A stretch of 63,939 nt of DNA, the filler included, from Licmophora abbreviata (Eukaryota): the NCBI GenBank assembly GCA_900291995.1. It is 6 parts of 6 records of this genome, joined end to end, with 100 filler letters (N's around TTAATTAATTAA, not from the genome) between each part and the next. Parts side by side here need not be neighbours in the genome. Positions count along the whole stretch, not along the records: positions 23,195 to 54,974 come from OLMU01000958.1; 5 more parts are not named here. One strand, given 5' to 3'. The notes beneath the pieces were generated by a model that worked only from the letters and a program-made list of their open reading frames with translations, did not search any database and was not told the DNA's origin. Of this stretch, positions 43,864-55,074 are shown in pieces (the first letter of the stretch is position 1; each line of letters begins with the position of its first letter). Both the position numbers and the translations under genes were made by a program.

Positions 43864-46245
43864 TTAAGCACTCTTTAATTCTATCAGAGCCTCTTTTGCA
43901 TCCTCCAACGTGATGAGCAAGCCGTCTACACCGTTACCGTCTTTACGTGCCCTAGCCAACGCAAGGGAACCAGCGCACCGTACCATACCTGCAATGTCTG
44001 CCCCACTGAATCCTGCAGTGGCATAGTCCGCGGCCAAGTCGTACGGGCCTCGAACCGATGATGTCACTATGCGTTTCAGGGCTCGCTTGAACTTGTCCCG
44101 TTTTCGTTCACCAAGTGTGTTACTACTCGAGTCAGAGTTGTCGTCATCAATTTCCGACAGTGATAGTCCCTGTATCCCCGTCACCTCGTTGTAATCGACG
44201 ACTCCATCGATTGCACAACACAGTGGTTTGCTCAGTCGACCTTTTCTTCGCAGAGAGTCAAAATGGATCTGCAGAATCTCCCGTCGACCTTCCCTATCTG
44301 GGAGCGGGACCTCAATCTGAACCTCTAGCCTTCCAGGTCGCAATAAAGCATCGTCCAGAAGTTCCCGTCGGTTCGTCATTCCAATCAACAACACGTTTGG
44401 AATGGCATTCACGCCATCCAGTTTCGCCAAGATTTGGTTGACGGCAGAAGCTCGTGTTGCTTCGCCACTATCTTCCGCGGCGGTTCGTTTCCGAAACACG
44501 GCGTCAATCTCATCAATGACGACAACGTGCAGGGCACTCTTGGTGGCGTCACCGTTGCATGCAGCCAACTCGGCTTCTGCGTCTGCAAACAGAGCCCTTA
44601 CCAACTTTTCGGATCCTCCCACCCATCGGTCCAAGAGCTCGGGTGCTGACACGATCTTAGGAGAACGAGCACGTAGAGAACGTGAGATTTCGCGTGCAAG
44701 CAGTGTCTTGCCTGTCGTGCCGACATACACACAGGGAGTGGTTAGAATAGGAGATGAGATGCAAGCCAAGCTCACTATTATAACCCCATGTGGCTGCCTG
44801 CAACATCTGGCACGCCAAACTCATTCAAATCACGTACCGGTACCGGGAGGACCAAAGAGTAGAAGCCCCTTTACGGGCGTCAACCCCAACAATGCCAATT
44901 CTTCCGCCTCCAACGATGCAATTGCTAATTCCGCCGTAGTCTCGTCTTGAGCTATTTGTTGTGTGGACGCATCGGCCGGACGAATGACTCGACCGTCCAA
45001 CACACGGCGGACGATGGCCTCAATCTGTGTGCTGAGACCTCCCACCGATACTCGAAAGTCCGATGCAAACGCGTCGTTTCGGTCTTTGCCTGACAAAGAC
45101 ATTGGCGTACTGCCCAGCAACAGTGTTTCTTCGCCTATCAATTCCGTATTATTGTTCCCACCATAGTTTTTATCATCCTCGTCCACAAATCCTAACATGC
45201 TCGTAAGCGACCATGTCAGTCGACTCATTGCCATCATGCCCCCGTTGTTGGACTGCTCCAATACATCTGGAATCATCTGTCCTCTAGGAAACAATAGAAG
45301 TTCCAGTACGGCAGCTCCTCCCATATCGACTGCTTCATACATGCGATCAGGGCCACCATACTGCATCCATACTGGCACTTGATCTTTGACAGACGCCATG
45401 ACTTCGGTCCGCTCGCCGGCTCGACGTGGCGGTCGTTGGCTGTTGCTCGACACGAGCCATCGATACCGTGTGATCCCACCGTACAAGAGCTTACCGTAAA
45501 TGATGCTGGCAGGAGGTTCCGTCAAGGACGACGGCAGTGACGCGCCCGAGGGTAATAAGAGCAAGCGACATCCCATGCGACCCAGAAAGTCGTCGCGCGA
45601 TACATCCAGTGTAGTCAGTATAGCATCCGAGAGGATGGAATTCACAATGGCTCTGAAATCGCCAGATAGATCAATCATTAAGGGTGCCGGTGTGGATTTC
45701 ATCCATCGAATCCAAGTCGATGCTTCGTCCCGATCCAGTCCCGTTCGTTCAGTGGCGCCTTTGAGGCTCATCTTGTCCATTGCCTTCTGCAGCGCAAAGG
45801 CCGTCGCGTCGTTGATCCAGTTGGTGGCGGACGAGGCTTGTGTTCCGCTGGGAGATCCCACGGCATCTCGTCTCTTTTCACTTTCAATCAAACAAATGGC
45901 AGCATTTCCACATAGTACATGAAAGGCAGTGTCTTGTGATGACGGGTCGTACTGCATAGCTTCAGTATCAGCCGTGTCTTGTGGACGAGCCGACGCATCG
46001 GTAGGAGTCGTCTCCTCCAACGTGGCGTCTGCGAATAGTAAGAGATCCCTCTTGTTTGCATTCGTACTGCTGGTGTCATGCAACCGCGCGGACCGACTGA
46101 GTTGTGCCGACGTGTGATGGACGACAAAAGCGTTAGATTTCCGACAGTTCCACGTCGCCGAGACCAAGAACAACACCAATAGTAGTGGCACTGATGGCGG
46201 CCATGACAGATGATGAAGTGGCGTATTCCAAATTGAGGATCCCAT
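43864..46245 (-). CDS. NSF-like AAA+ ATPase with signal peptide and long unknown N-domain, 2 exons
   Basis: Walker [14 protein letters not shown] split by intron 44712-44837; [49 protein letters not shown] motif. Confidence 0.85.
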
Positions 46246-46540
46246 TTGTTATCCAACAGACAGACAGAGAGACACACACAGGGATATATATATTTTCAGT
46301 ATTGACGCAAAACACAGCGAGTCGAGTCGTCGTGGTGGGAAAACGAGGCGGCTGAGCGCGTTTTCCCCATGGTCGAATTGTGCCGCGACTTTCTCAAACT
46401 TCGAATTGTTCCTCCAAAAATCCCGCGTTCCAAAATCCCGCGCGATTTTTCTGGCTCCGTCGATGCTGGGGTTCCTTTGAAGTTGGATGAAGCCATCATT
46501 CCTGCCAAGAAGCGCTGCAAATTGAAAGCGTATACACATT

Positions 46541-48337
46541 ATGAAAGGACTGCTATCTACCTTTGGTGTCGGAATGACGAATGGCGACGAGAAGAAGAAC
46601 GACGGCGCGGATTCTGTCGCGACGACGACGCCACCACCCCCGCCAGCGACAACCGGCCGAAGCTTGGACCTTCCCACCTCCCACAATCGTCCCAGACACA
46701 CACTGCCCTTGTCCATGCAGCTGATGAAACCATTCGTGGGTCTCATGATGTGTCCAGACTGCGGACGAGACGCTCATGCCTGGCCTCCTCTATGCATGGT
46801 GATCGACGACACGCCTGCTGCTACAGCGACTACTTCACCCGATGACAACGACGATGCCATGCTTCCGAGTCTTTTGTGCAAAACCTACGACGATATATTC
46901 GCCCAGGCTCCAACACGGAAACGACCAACCGCTGTTTCTCCCATGGTAGTAGCTCCCATGATGCACACTCCGTCCAGCACTAAGAAACTCGAACTCCTCA
47001 TCAACGATTATCGCGTCGCGTGTCAGTTTTACGGCTGCCCGCTCAATCCTGGTGTCATGGCGGCACTGCGTTTCTCCATGCCTGCGCTGCGGGTGTCGGG
47101 GGAGTTTCATGATGTCGATATCCTCGCCTTGGTCGAACTCTTACTGAAACATGGAAACTCGACTCTTGCCTTCATCCGGAGACTGGACTTTACGGTGGCG
47201 AGTAAGGAAGGCAGGCGTCATGGTCGGACCAAGTTGGGCTTTCGATCGCATGGGGCCTTTGCCTTGGCCAAATTGCTGCAGCAGAGCGAGTATGTAGAGC
47301 AAGTGTGGATGCCCCGGAATCAAATCGGACCCTACGGTGCTTCGGCCATCTTTCTGGCGGCGTCCGGAAACAAGACGCTCAAGGTGCTCAATATGAGACG
47401 ATGCCGCTTGATGGAACGGGGTGGTATGGCCTTTGCCGAGATTATATGCTCCAGTCGGCAATGTGGTCTAAAAGATGTCAATCTAAGCGCCAATTATATT
47501 GGTCTTCGTGGAAGTATGGCAATTGAGCAGGCCATGACCAAGAGAGATGAGACGTTTCCGGATATGTTTCTAGTTGATTTGGAGGGCAACCTTGTGTTTC
47601 AAGAGGTAAGCAAACGGATGTGTGCGGTCGTGGTCTGAACTCGACAACGCATCTCTTGCTTTGCGCCTGTCTCATCTCCACTTCTTATGTACTAACGTTA
47701 GATTATGAATGGCGTGACGCATGGTCTGGGACTACTGCTGGCTGTCATCGGCAGCATTCTCCTTTCGAATCGCGTCAAGGGCAAGTCGGACAGATACGTC
47801 GTGAGTTCTGCCGTCTACTCCCTGTCGCTTCTGGTGCTCTACACGAGTTCGACATTCTACCATTCCCTCTTTAGCTTGCAAAACACGCGGTACATCTTTG
47901 AAGTCTTGGACAAGTGCGCCATTTACCTCTTGATTGCCGGCTCCTACACGCCATTCATGTCGATCATCTTTGGCTACAACCCCCTCTTTTCGAGATACCT
48001 GCTAGCCTTCATCTGGACATGCTGCTTCTTGGGCATTTACGTTGAGTTCGCTCATCCAATATGGAAGCACAAGAAGTACTTTTCTCTGAGCATGTATTTA
48101 GGGATGGGATGGGCGTCTCTGGTCCTTATCCCCGAAGCCATGACGCTCGTTTCAACCGAGGGTGTCAATCTGGTGGCTCTAGGCGGCGTCGCGTACACGA
48201 GCGGTGTGCCGTTCTTTGTGCGCAACAACAATCTTGATCACAGCATCTGGCACATTTTTGTCTTGGTTGGATCCATGTTTCACTGGTTTTGTATTTACCA
48301 GCATGTGGTCACAAGAGAATTCTACAGTGTTAGCTAA
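46541..48337 (+). CDS. LRR + hemolysin III (PAQR) membrane protein fusion, 2 exons
   Basis: RNI-like LRRs ([25 protein letters not shown]) joined through intron 47606-47701 to [28 protein letters not shown] and HSIWHIFV...H. Confidence 0.85.
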
Positions 48338-48502
48338 CAATACTAGCCTTACGAAATAAATGCCCCGACGGTACAGGCAATAAATAGCACATTGTACGAT
48401 TGGTTTGGTAAAAAGAACTGTTCGGCTGTTTTGTGAGGCAAACATGCGATAGCAATCTTGGTTTGATGAGTCGATTGTTGGCAGCTCTATACCGTTATCA
48501 AA

Positions 48503-49181
48503 CTACGTCTGCGGCGGAAGATACTGAGGTGGTGGCGCTCCAGGCGGCGGAAACTGCGGAGGAGGCACTCCTGTCACCATGGGAGGAGGAGGCGGCCCAC
48601 TGGGAAAATTGGGTGGCGGCGGTGGCCCGGTTCCAAAAGGAGGTGGCGGCCCCCGTTGAAAGGGAGGAGGCGGACGATTGAAGCTGGGGGGCGGACCGCC
48701 CGAACGCATGCCAGGAGGCGGCCCGCCTTGCCCAGGCGGAGGGGGGAAGAAATTTGGTCGTACCCACGACCGAGTGCCATCGTCATGCACGTAATAGCTA
48801 ATTTTGGTTGCGTCGTCGACTTCTTCTTTCCATCCTTCCGGCAGAGGCGGGATGCTCGGATCCCCCTGTGGCCGACCCCGCATGTATGCCTGATGTAAAT
48901 ACGATGGGGAATCACAGCGTCAGTCAGAGGCGCAAGCAAGAAAAGATACCTTCACGCGATCTCTACTTCACACAAGGGGCTCTGTAGGATATGCCTATTC
49001 GCGTACTTACCTGTTGCGCCGCTGCGAGTCCCATGGGACCGGAGCGCCATTCATCCAAATGCTTCTGGTAGTAGATCTTGAAGTTTTCGCGAAATTTCCA
49101 TCCTCTCCTTTGCTGCTTGCGTCCCGCCGCACTGTCGTGCGTCAAGTAGGTATTGGAATAATCGTCAAAGAAGCGAGGCAT
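48503..49181 (-). CDS. SNRPC: U1 snRNP protein C homolog with degenerate zinc finger, WW domain and Pro-rich tail, 2 exons
   Basis: Exon 1 [39 protein letters not shown]; intron 48890-49010 (GTAAGT..CAG); exon 2 [30 protein letters not shown] + poly-Pro. Confidence 0.85.
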
Positions 49182-49349
49182 CGTCAAAGAAACAAGAAGA
49201 TCGACGGAGCACAAATACGCCCGGTGTGTGCACGTCTCATCGTAGAGTGAAGATGTGCGGTGCCCATGGGGCTCATAACCGGTCGGTCTGCCCTTCACTG
49301 CGCTCAACCGGAACATCTGCAATTTTCACTGTTTCCAGTCCAAAAATTA

Positions 49350-50297
49350 ATGTCGACCATGACACGCTCGACGGCTGGTTCCTTGTCCAATTGCTACGTT
49401 CCTCTTGAAGCACCTTCTTCGCAGAACAGTCTATCGACTGCCGAAAGACAGCAGCGCTTGATTGCGACGCGATCCAGCGGAGACGAGGATTTTCTGGATC
49501 GGCCCGACATCATCAACAATGCACCAGTTCGAGGTACTGCAGCACTTCGGCGACTGTGTTTGGAAACGTCTGTAGTCAGCAACTGCGACGGATCTGCCTT
49601 GGTAGAACTAGGACACACCAAAGTACTTGCCCAAGTGGTCGGTCCGATTACGGATACTCCCAATGATATCAATATGGAAGAGGGTACACTCCTGACGCAA
49701 GTGCAATACGCGCCACACATTGGCGTAAAGATGGAGTCGATTGTTGGAGCGGCCGTAACGACACTGGATTCCTCTCAATTTTCACAAGGAAAAGTCAGCT
49801 CTTTACTGTCTTCGAAAGAAGCGGACTTGTCGGCACGGCTACACGCAGCGCTCCACCCGGCCGTACCACTTCAGCACTATCCGAAATGCGTATGGAATGT
49901 CACCGTGACGGTACTACAAGACGACGGCAGCGTCTTGTCAGCGTCCATTGTGGCTGCGTCACTAGCACTTGCGGATGCTAATGTAGAGCTCTACGATGTC
50001 GTGTCGAGTTGCTCGGTCGCCGTCTTCTCCTCGATGGATGACGACTCTACCGCGAACAAATCAGGTCCGACAATCTTGGCTGATCCAACAGAAGAAGAGC
50101 TGGCTGCTGCCGATGCCACGGTGGTACTTGCTGTGATGCCCAGTTGGAAGGATGTTACACTGTGGCAGCAGTCGGGGAAATTGTCTGCGACAGAAGCGAC
50201 ACAAGCGGTCGACTTGTGCAGAGACGGGTGCCGAACTCTGCAGAGGTTCATGCGACAGTGCTTGGTACAACGAGTCGAGAGCAGCAGCATCAATTGA
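49350..50297 (+). CDS. Exosome RNase PH-fold subunit (MTR3/RRP41-like)
   Basis: DGSALVELGHTKVLAQVVGP, YPK....VTVLQDDGS and ASLALADA. Confidence 0.85.
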   Translation: MSTMTRSTAGSLSNCYVPLEAPSSQNSLSTAERQQRLIATRSSGDEDFLDRPDIINNAPVRGTAALRRLCLETSVVSNCDGSALVELGHTKVLAQVVGPITDTPNDINMEEGTLLTQVQYAPHIGVKMESIVGAAVTTLDSSQFSQGKVSSLLSSKEADLSARLHAALHPAVPLQHYPKCVWNVTVTVLQDDGSVLSASIVAASLALADANVELYDVVSSCSVAVFSSMDDDSTANKSGPTILADPTEEELAAADATVVLAVMPSWKDVTLWQQSGKLSATEATQAVDLCRDGCRTLQRFMRQCLVQRVESSSIN

Positions 50298-50964
50298 TAG
50301 TTTCTTTTTAAATGGGCGGTACAATAACACTATTGGTGTAGGTCACATGCCGCAGGAAGACGAGCGCCCACACCTTCGAAAGGGCACCACCGTGAAACTG
50401 CGCGGACGCGAGAAAGATTTCTACCAACTCCCGCTTGCATTCATTGGCTTCCACTCATCTAATACGACGCTTGCTGGTAGGTCACAGGAAGTGTGGTTCT
50501 TATTTGGCGTTAGGATGATAGCGCCAAGACATGTACGATTTCGTTTGGAGGGATCCATCCTCCTAGAACGGCTCGTCGACTGAACAAACAACACTGAATC
50601 AATCCGGACGCTCGTGACTCGTGATAAGTCCCGCGGGTCTATTTCGAACAACGTGAGAGTTTGGCGGGAAGATGGCACCTCGACGGGACGACCCTCGTTT
50701 GACAACCCGAAGGCAATTTCGTTGCTTTTGCATTGTGTCTACTCGCCTTCTCAGATGGAAACTTGTGCCTTGGGGGTGTTGTTTTGCACGTGACAGAATA
50801 AAGAAATCGTCGGATGTGAGACGGGACTCGCCACCCGCCGGGGGGTGAAGCCCGAATTCGCGACGATGAGAACCCTGACTGTGACACCTATCCTGCTGCT
50901 GTCCACGCCCTCCTCCTCACAAAATAATTCAACAAAGATTGATTGCAAACTAAAGAAGAGAACC

Positions 50965-53163
50965 ATGACGTTGATTGATCTGCTTTCTACTTGGACAGAG
51001 TCGCCCCTTGTTACGTTCATTCTCTATGCGACGGTGGCTTCCCTTGGCGCCTTAGCCGCACTGGTGTTTTACGTGACTCGCTGGCCGAAGTCTCGCATCA
51101 TTGTGCCACGGCGTGCCAGTCGCTTTCGTCCGGAGCTTGTTCCCGATAAGATCGACACCATTGTCATCGGCAGTGGTTCCGGAGGCTCGACCTGTGCCAA
51201 CTTGCTTGCTCAGTCGGGTCAGCGTGTGCTCGTCCTTGAGCAACATGAAGTTACAGGCGGATGCACAGTAAGTGGGACACCAGTGCACATCAACTTTGAG
51301 AACGCTCATTCTTTAACATCCAACTCTCTCTTACCCTATCGTTTCTCTGTTCTTCCTTCATTATAGCATTCCTTCCGTATCAACGGTTGCGAGTGGGACA
51401 CAGGCCTTCACTATGTACCCAAGGATATGAGTGACAGGACGGCACGTTCTGGAGCAATTATGGACTTCATGACTCACGGAACCCAAAAATGGACGCCCTT
51501 TCCTGACAACGAACCATACGATGAAGTGGTGTTTCCCCCTGACGCCGATGTCAAGCCGGGCGCACCGAACAACTTTTCGTATTCGTACTTCGCTGGCGAG
51601 GAGCGCACGGTGAATGCTATCATGGAGAAGATTGATCCTAGCGACGAGGAACTCAAGAAGCGTACAGCAACATGGATGAGCATTTGTCAGGACATAAACT
51701 CTGGCTTTGTGGCTCTCGGCATGTCTCGTGTGCTGCCTTCGTGGCTACGTTTCCTGGTCAGCGCTCGAGTGAACCGGTAAGCCAAGTTTGTCCGAGCGAG
51801 TATCGTTGCGATAGATATGCATGTGTCTATTCCCAATGCTCTTTGTTCTCCTCTTACGTCGAACAGGCTAATGACATACGCTGTCATGACAGTACGCGAC
51901 GCTCAGTATGCCGTCTTCAACCTCGGCTACACGGCCGAAGAACTGCTCGAAAACTGTCCTAATGCACCCGCTGGGTACGACCCCGATCAGTCTATTCGGC
52001 GCCTCAAAGCTGTGACGACTCATCCCATTGGCGACTATGCTGTCCAACCGAAGGAAGCAACACTTGCGGCACATGGGGTGACCATGACGCATTACATGGA
52101 CGGCGGCTCCTACACGGTGGGTGCCACCCAGAACATCTCAATGCGCGCAACTAGCATGGCTAGAGCCTTTGGCGGAGAAGCACTCGTCGACGCAACCGTG
52201 CGAGAGATTCTAGTCGAACATGGACAAGCCGTCGGCGTACTTGTGTCCAGTACGACTGCACTGAACGAGACCGGGGGCGACTTGAGTATGGTACCTATAG
52301 TGGAGATCCGCGCCAAGAACATTGTGTGTGCGACGTCTGTTTACAACCTCTACAACAAGTTTCTGCCGCCGGACCTTCCGGTGGTGAAGAAGTTTCAAGA
52401 CCCGAAACAGAGAAGCATTCGTCAAAGTCACGGCCACGTGTTCCTGTTTTGTAAAATTAAAGGCGATGCCGATGAGCTTGGTTTACCGAAGCACAATCTC
52501 TGGTACTTCAACGGCTACGATATGGACGGGGCATTTGATGCTTACTTTGCAAACCCGACCGATGTGCGTCCACCGACTGTCTACATTGGTTTCCCATGCA
52601 CAAAGGACGTATCGTGGAAGAAGCGATTCCCAGGCGTCAGCAATTGTATTCTCATTTCCGACGGCCTGTACGAATGGTTTGAAAAGTGGGCGGACAAGCC
52701 TACGCACGATCGGGGTCAAGACTACGAAGACTTCAAAGAGAAGCTCACCAAACATCTGTTGGACATTCTGTACGACTTTGTTCCAGTGAGGGGAAAAGTC
52801 GAATATCATCATCTGGGGACCCCATTGACCGAAGTGACGTATCTTGCATCCTATCGAGGAGGTTCGTATGGGACCAAGTGCACGCCCGATATGTTTGCTC
52901 CTATCAATCGCAACTGGACAACGACTCCATTCACGGACATCGCCGGACTGCATCTCGCAGGCTCGGACGCCTTCCTGCCTTCAGTGACAGGATCCCTTTA
53001 CGGAGGCTGTTTGGGAGCCACAAGTGTTCTTGGGCATCTCGGTACACTGCGTCTTGGAAACGCTTTGCTCTGCCACTGCGCCAGGCGCTTCCAAGAGGAC
53101 GACCCAAAGTTGACATGGATCGAAGCGTACTGGCGTGCCGTCAAGAACTTCACAAAGAGCTAA
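50965..53163 (+). CDS. FAD-dependent oxidoreductase (retinol saturase / carotenoid oxidoreductase-like), 3 exons
   Basis: N-terminal TM, IVIGSGSGG, VLVLEQH..GGC|HSF..WDTGLHY and GTPLT...GGSYG; introns 51268-51366 and 51777-51866. Confidence 0.85.
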
Positions 53164-53427
53164 ACGCGCCGTCGGGTGATACGGGAAGCCGACCGGAAGC
53201 ATTGGTGTACACAAACATTTATTAGATACACGAAAAAGTTAGTTAGTAAGGAAGTTTAGGAGGGATAGGAAAGCATGCTCTCCCATGAGAGATACCGGTA
53301 CACGCAACATGTCGCGCGAACCCACGTTTGAATGAATCACGGCGCGGGCTAAATTTCTCGCACTTCTGCATGATGCTATCTTGTCTTTCGCGGATCTTCG
53401 ACCCTTCACCACATATTGACGGAAACG

Positions 53428-54402
53428 ATGACAACGATGAAGGTTCCTGTCGACTTGGCAAGCTTAGCCCGTCTCCTCTTGTCTCCAGATTGCTCTGTGG
53501 TTATATTGACGGGTGCTGGGGTCAGTGTTGCTAGTGGCATTCCTGATTTTCGCAGCCCCGGCGGGATGTATGACAGCCTGCGTCCTGAACTAATTACCGC
53601 TACGAAAAGGCAACGAGAGGACATGAGAATGGACCCTACGAATGTCGTTTCATGGGATATGTTTCGCGAGAATGCCTTTCCGTATCTGGAGGTACGGCGA
53701 CCCTTCATTCTGGGAACACGAGATAAGACATGGAAAGCTACGATTGCGCACCGATTTGCGGAACTTCTTCACGTCAAGACTTCCAATCTGACGCGCGTGT
53801 ACACACAGAACATTGACGGGTTAGACCGACAGTGCGAGAAGATACCTTCAGAAAAGATTGTCAATGTCCATGGATCGATTTCGAAAGTCTCTTGTGAAGG
53901 ATGCGGTCACAAGGAAGACTTCGATGCATTCTGCGATGCTGTCGAAACTAGTATCAAGGACATATACAACTTGGAACCGGGCGCCCCCCAGGAGTCGACC
54001 AGCATTCCCTGCTCGAGCTGTGGGAAACCTCTCGTAAAGCCATCAACGGTTCTTTTCGGAAGAAGCTTGCCATCCGAGTTCTTTGAACACGCCCATGACG
54101 ATTTGCCTAGTGCGGACGTCTTGATTGTCGCGGGAACTTCGCTTGTTGTTTCTCCTGCCAACAGTCTTGTATACAACGTTCCGGAAACAACTGTTCGAGT
54201 TGTAGTTAATAAAGAAGAGGTTGGATCAGAGCTTGGTATCGATTACGGTCCCAAGGCAAAGCGGGACTTCTATGCGCAAGGCTCATGCGATGAGGTTTTC
54301 TTGGATCTCATTGAACAGCTAGGATGGCTTGACGATCTTGAACAGAGTATCGGCGATCTACCAGAACAGAGCGCGGAACTAGTCCGACAAAGATGCTTGT
54401 AA
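53428..54402 (+). CDS. Stand-alone class I sirtuin
   Basis: GAGVSVASGIPDFRS, YTQNIDGL, HGS, CxxC..CxxC, KPSTVLFG and GTSL. Confidence 0.92.
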   Translation: MTTMKVPVDLASLARLLLSPDCSVVILTGAGVSVASGIPDFRSPGGMYDSLRPELITATKRQREDMRMDPTNVVSWDMFRENAFPYLEVRRPFILGTRDKTWKATIAHRFAELLHVKTSNLTRVYTQNIDGLDRQCEKIPSEKIVNVHGSISKVSCEGCGHKEDFDAFCDAVETSIKDIYNLEPGAPQESTSIPCSSCGKPLVKPSTVLFGRSLPSEFFEHAHDDLPSADVLIVAGTSLVVSPANSLVYNVPETTVRVVVNKEEVGSELGIDYGPKAKRDFYAQGSCDEVFLDLIEQLGWLDDLEQSIGDLPEQSAELVRQRCL

Positions 54403-54808
54403 GGATCTATGCGTATAAAGCGACGTGGTTGTGATGGGTGACATGTCCGGTGAAACGTGACGATGCCGCAGCGTTCTGAGTGATGTATCCTGAAACACGT
54501 CGGCTGTACTCTTGGCAGCGCTTTTGCTAAGAGTAATGTACTTAGTAAACGATAGAGCCCGCAATGCTCCTCGTACCGTGGATACTACCTGCGAAATTTT
54601 CAAGAAGTTTGTCCTACAGGTCTGATGAGCGTCCCCGAAAATTTCAAAGGGCATAGCAATCCTACCGACGCAGTGAAGGTATAGAGGGCCTTAGAAGTGC
54701 TACACACACACTGCTTCAGCAGACCTGTTGAATCCATCCATCTATCCATTCATTCTCGTGACAAGGAGATCAAACTCATCAAACACATCACTCACAAGCA
54801 ATCTCAAG

Positions 54809-54974
54809 ATGAACGTAGTTGTGGTAGACGACACGTCCCAAAAGGATGGCAACGAGGATGCCATGGAGTTTTTCGCAAAGGTCGAGAGTGCGACTGCCGC
54901 TGCGGACAAGGGAGATGGCAAGTTCCGTGTCGCCTTCGATTGCGAGGGTGTCAACTTGAGCCGCTTGGGATCTA
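54809..54974 (+). CDS. 5' fragment of a DEDDy 3'-5' exonuclease (EXD1-like), truncated by the contig end
   Basis: VAFDCEGVNLSRLG matches the ExoI motif. Confidence 0.65.
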
Positions 54975-55074
54975 NNNNNNNNNNNNNNNNNNNNNNNNNN
55001 NNNNNNNNNNNNNNNNNNTTAATTAATTAANNNNNNNNNNNNNNNNNNNNNNNNNNNNNNNNNNNNNNNNNNNN
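54975..55074. other. Artificial contig spacer
   Basis: N-run + TTAATTAATTAA + N-run. Confidence 0.98.

Noticed and set aside
50330..50800. Possible small spliced minus-strand gene between the exosome and oxidoreductase genes
   Set aside because: GT-AG-like segments exist, but I could not assemble a convincing ATG-to-stop product. Unresolved without RNA data.
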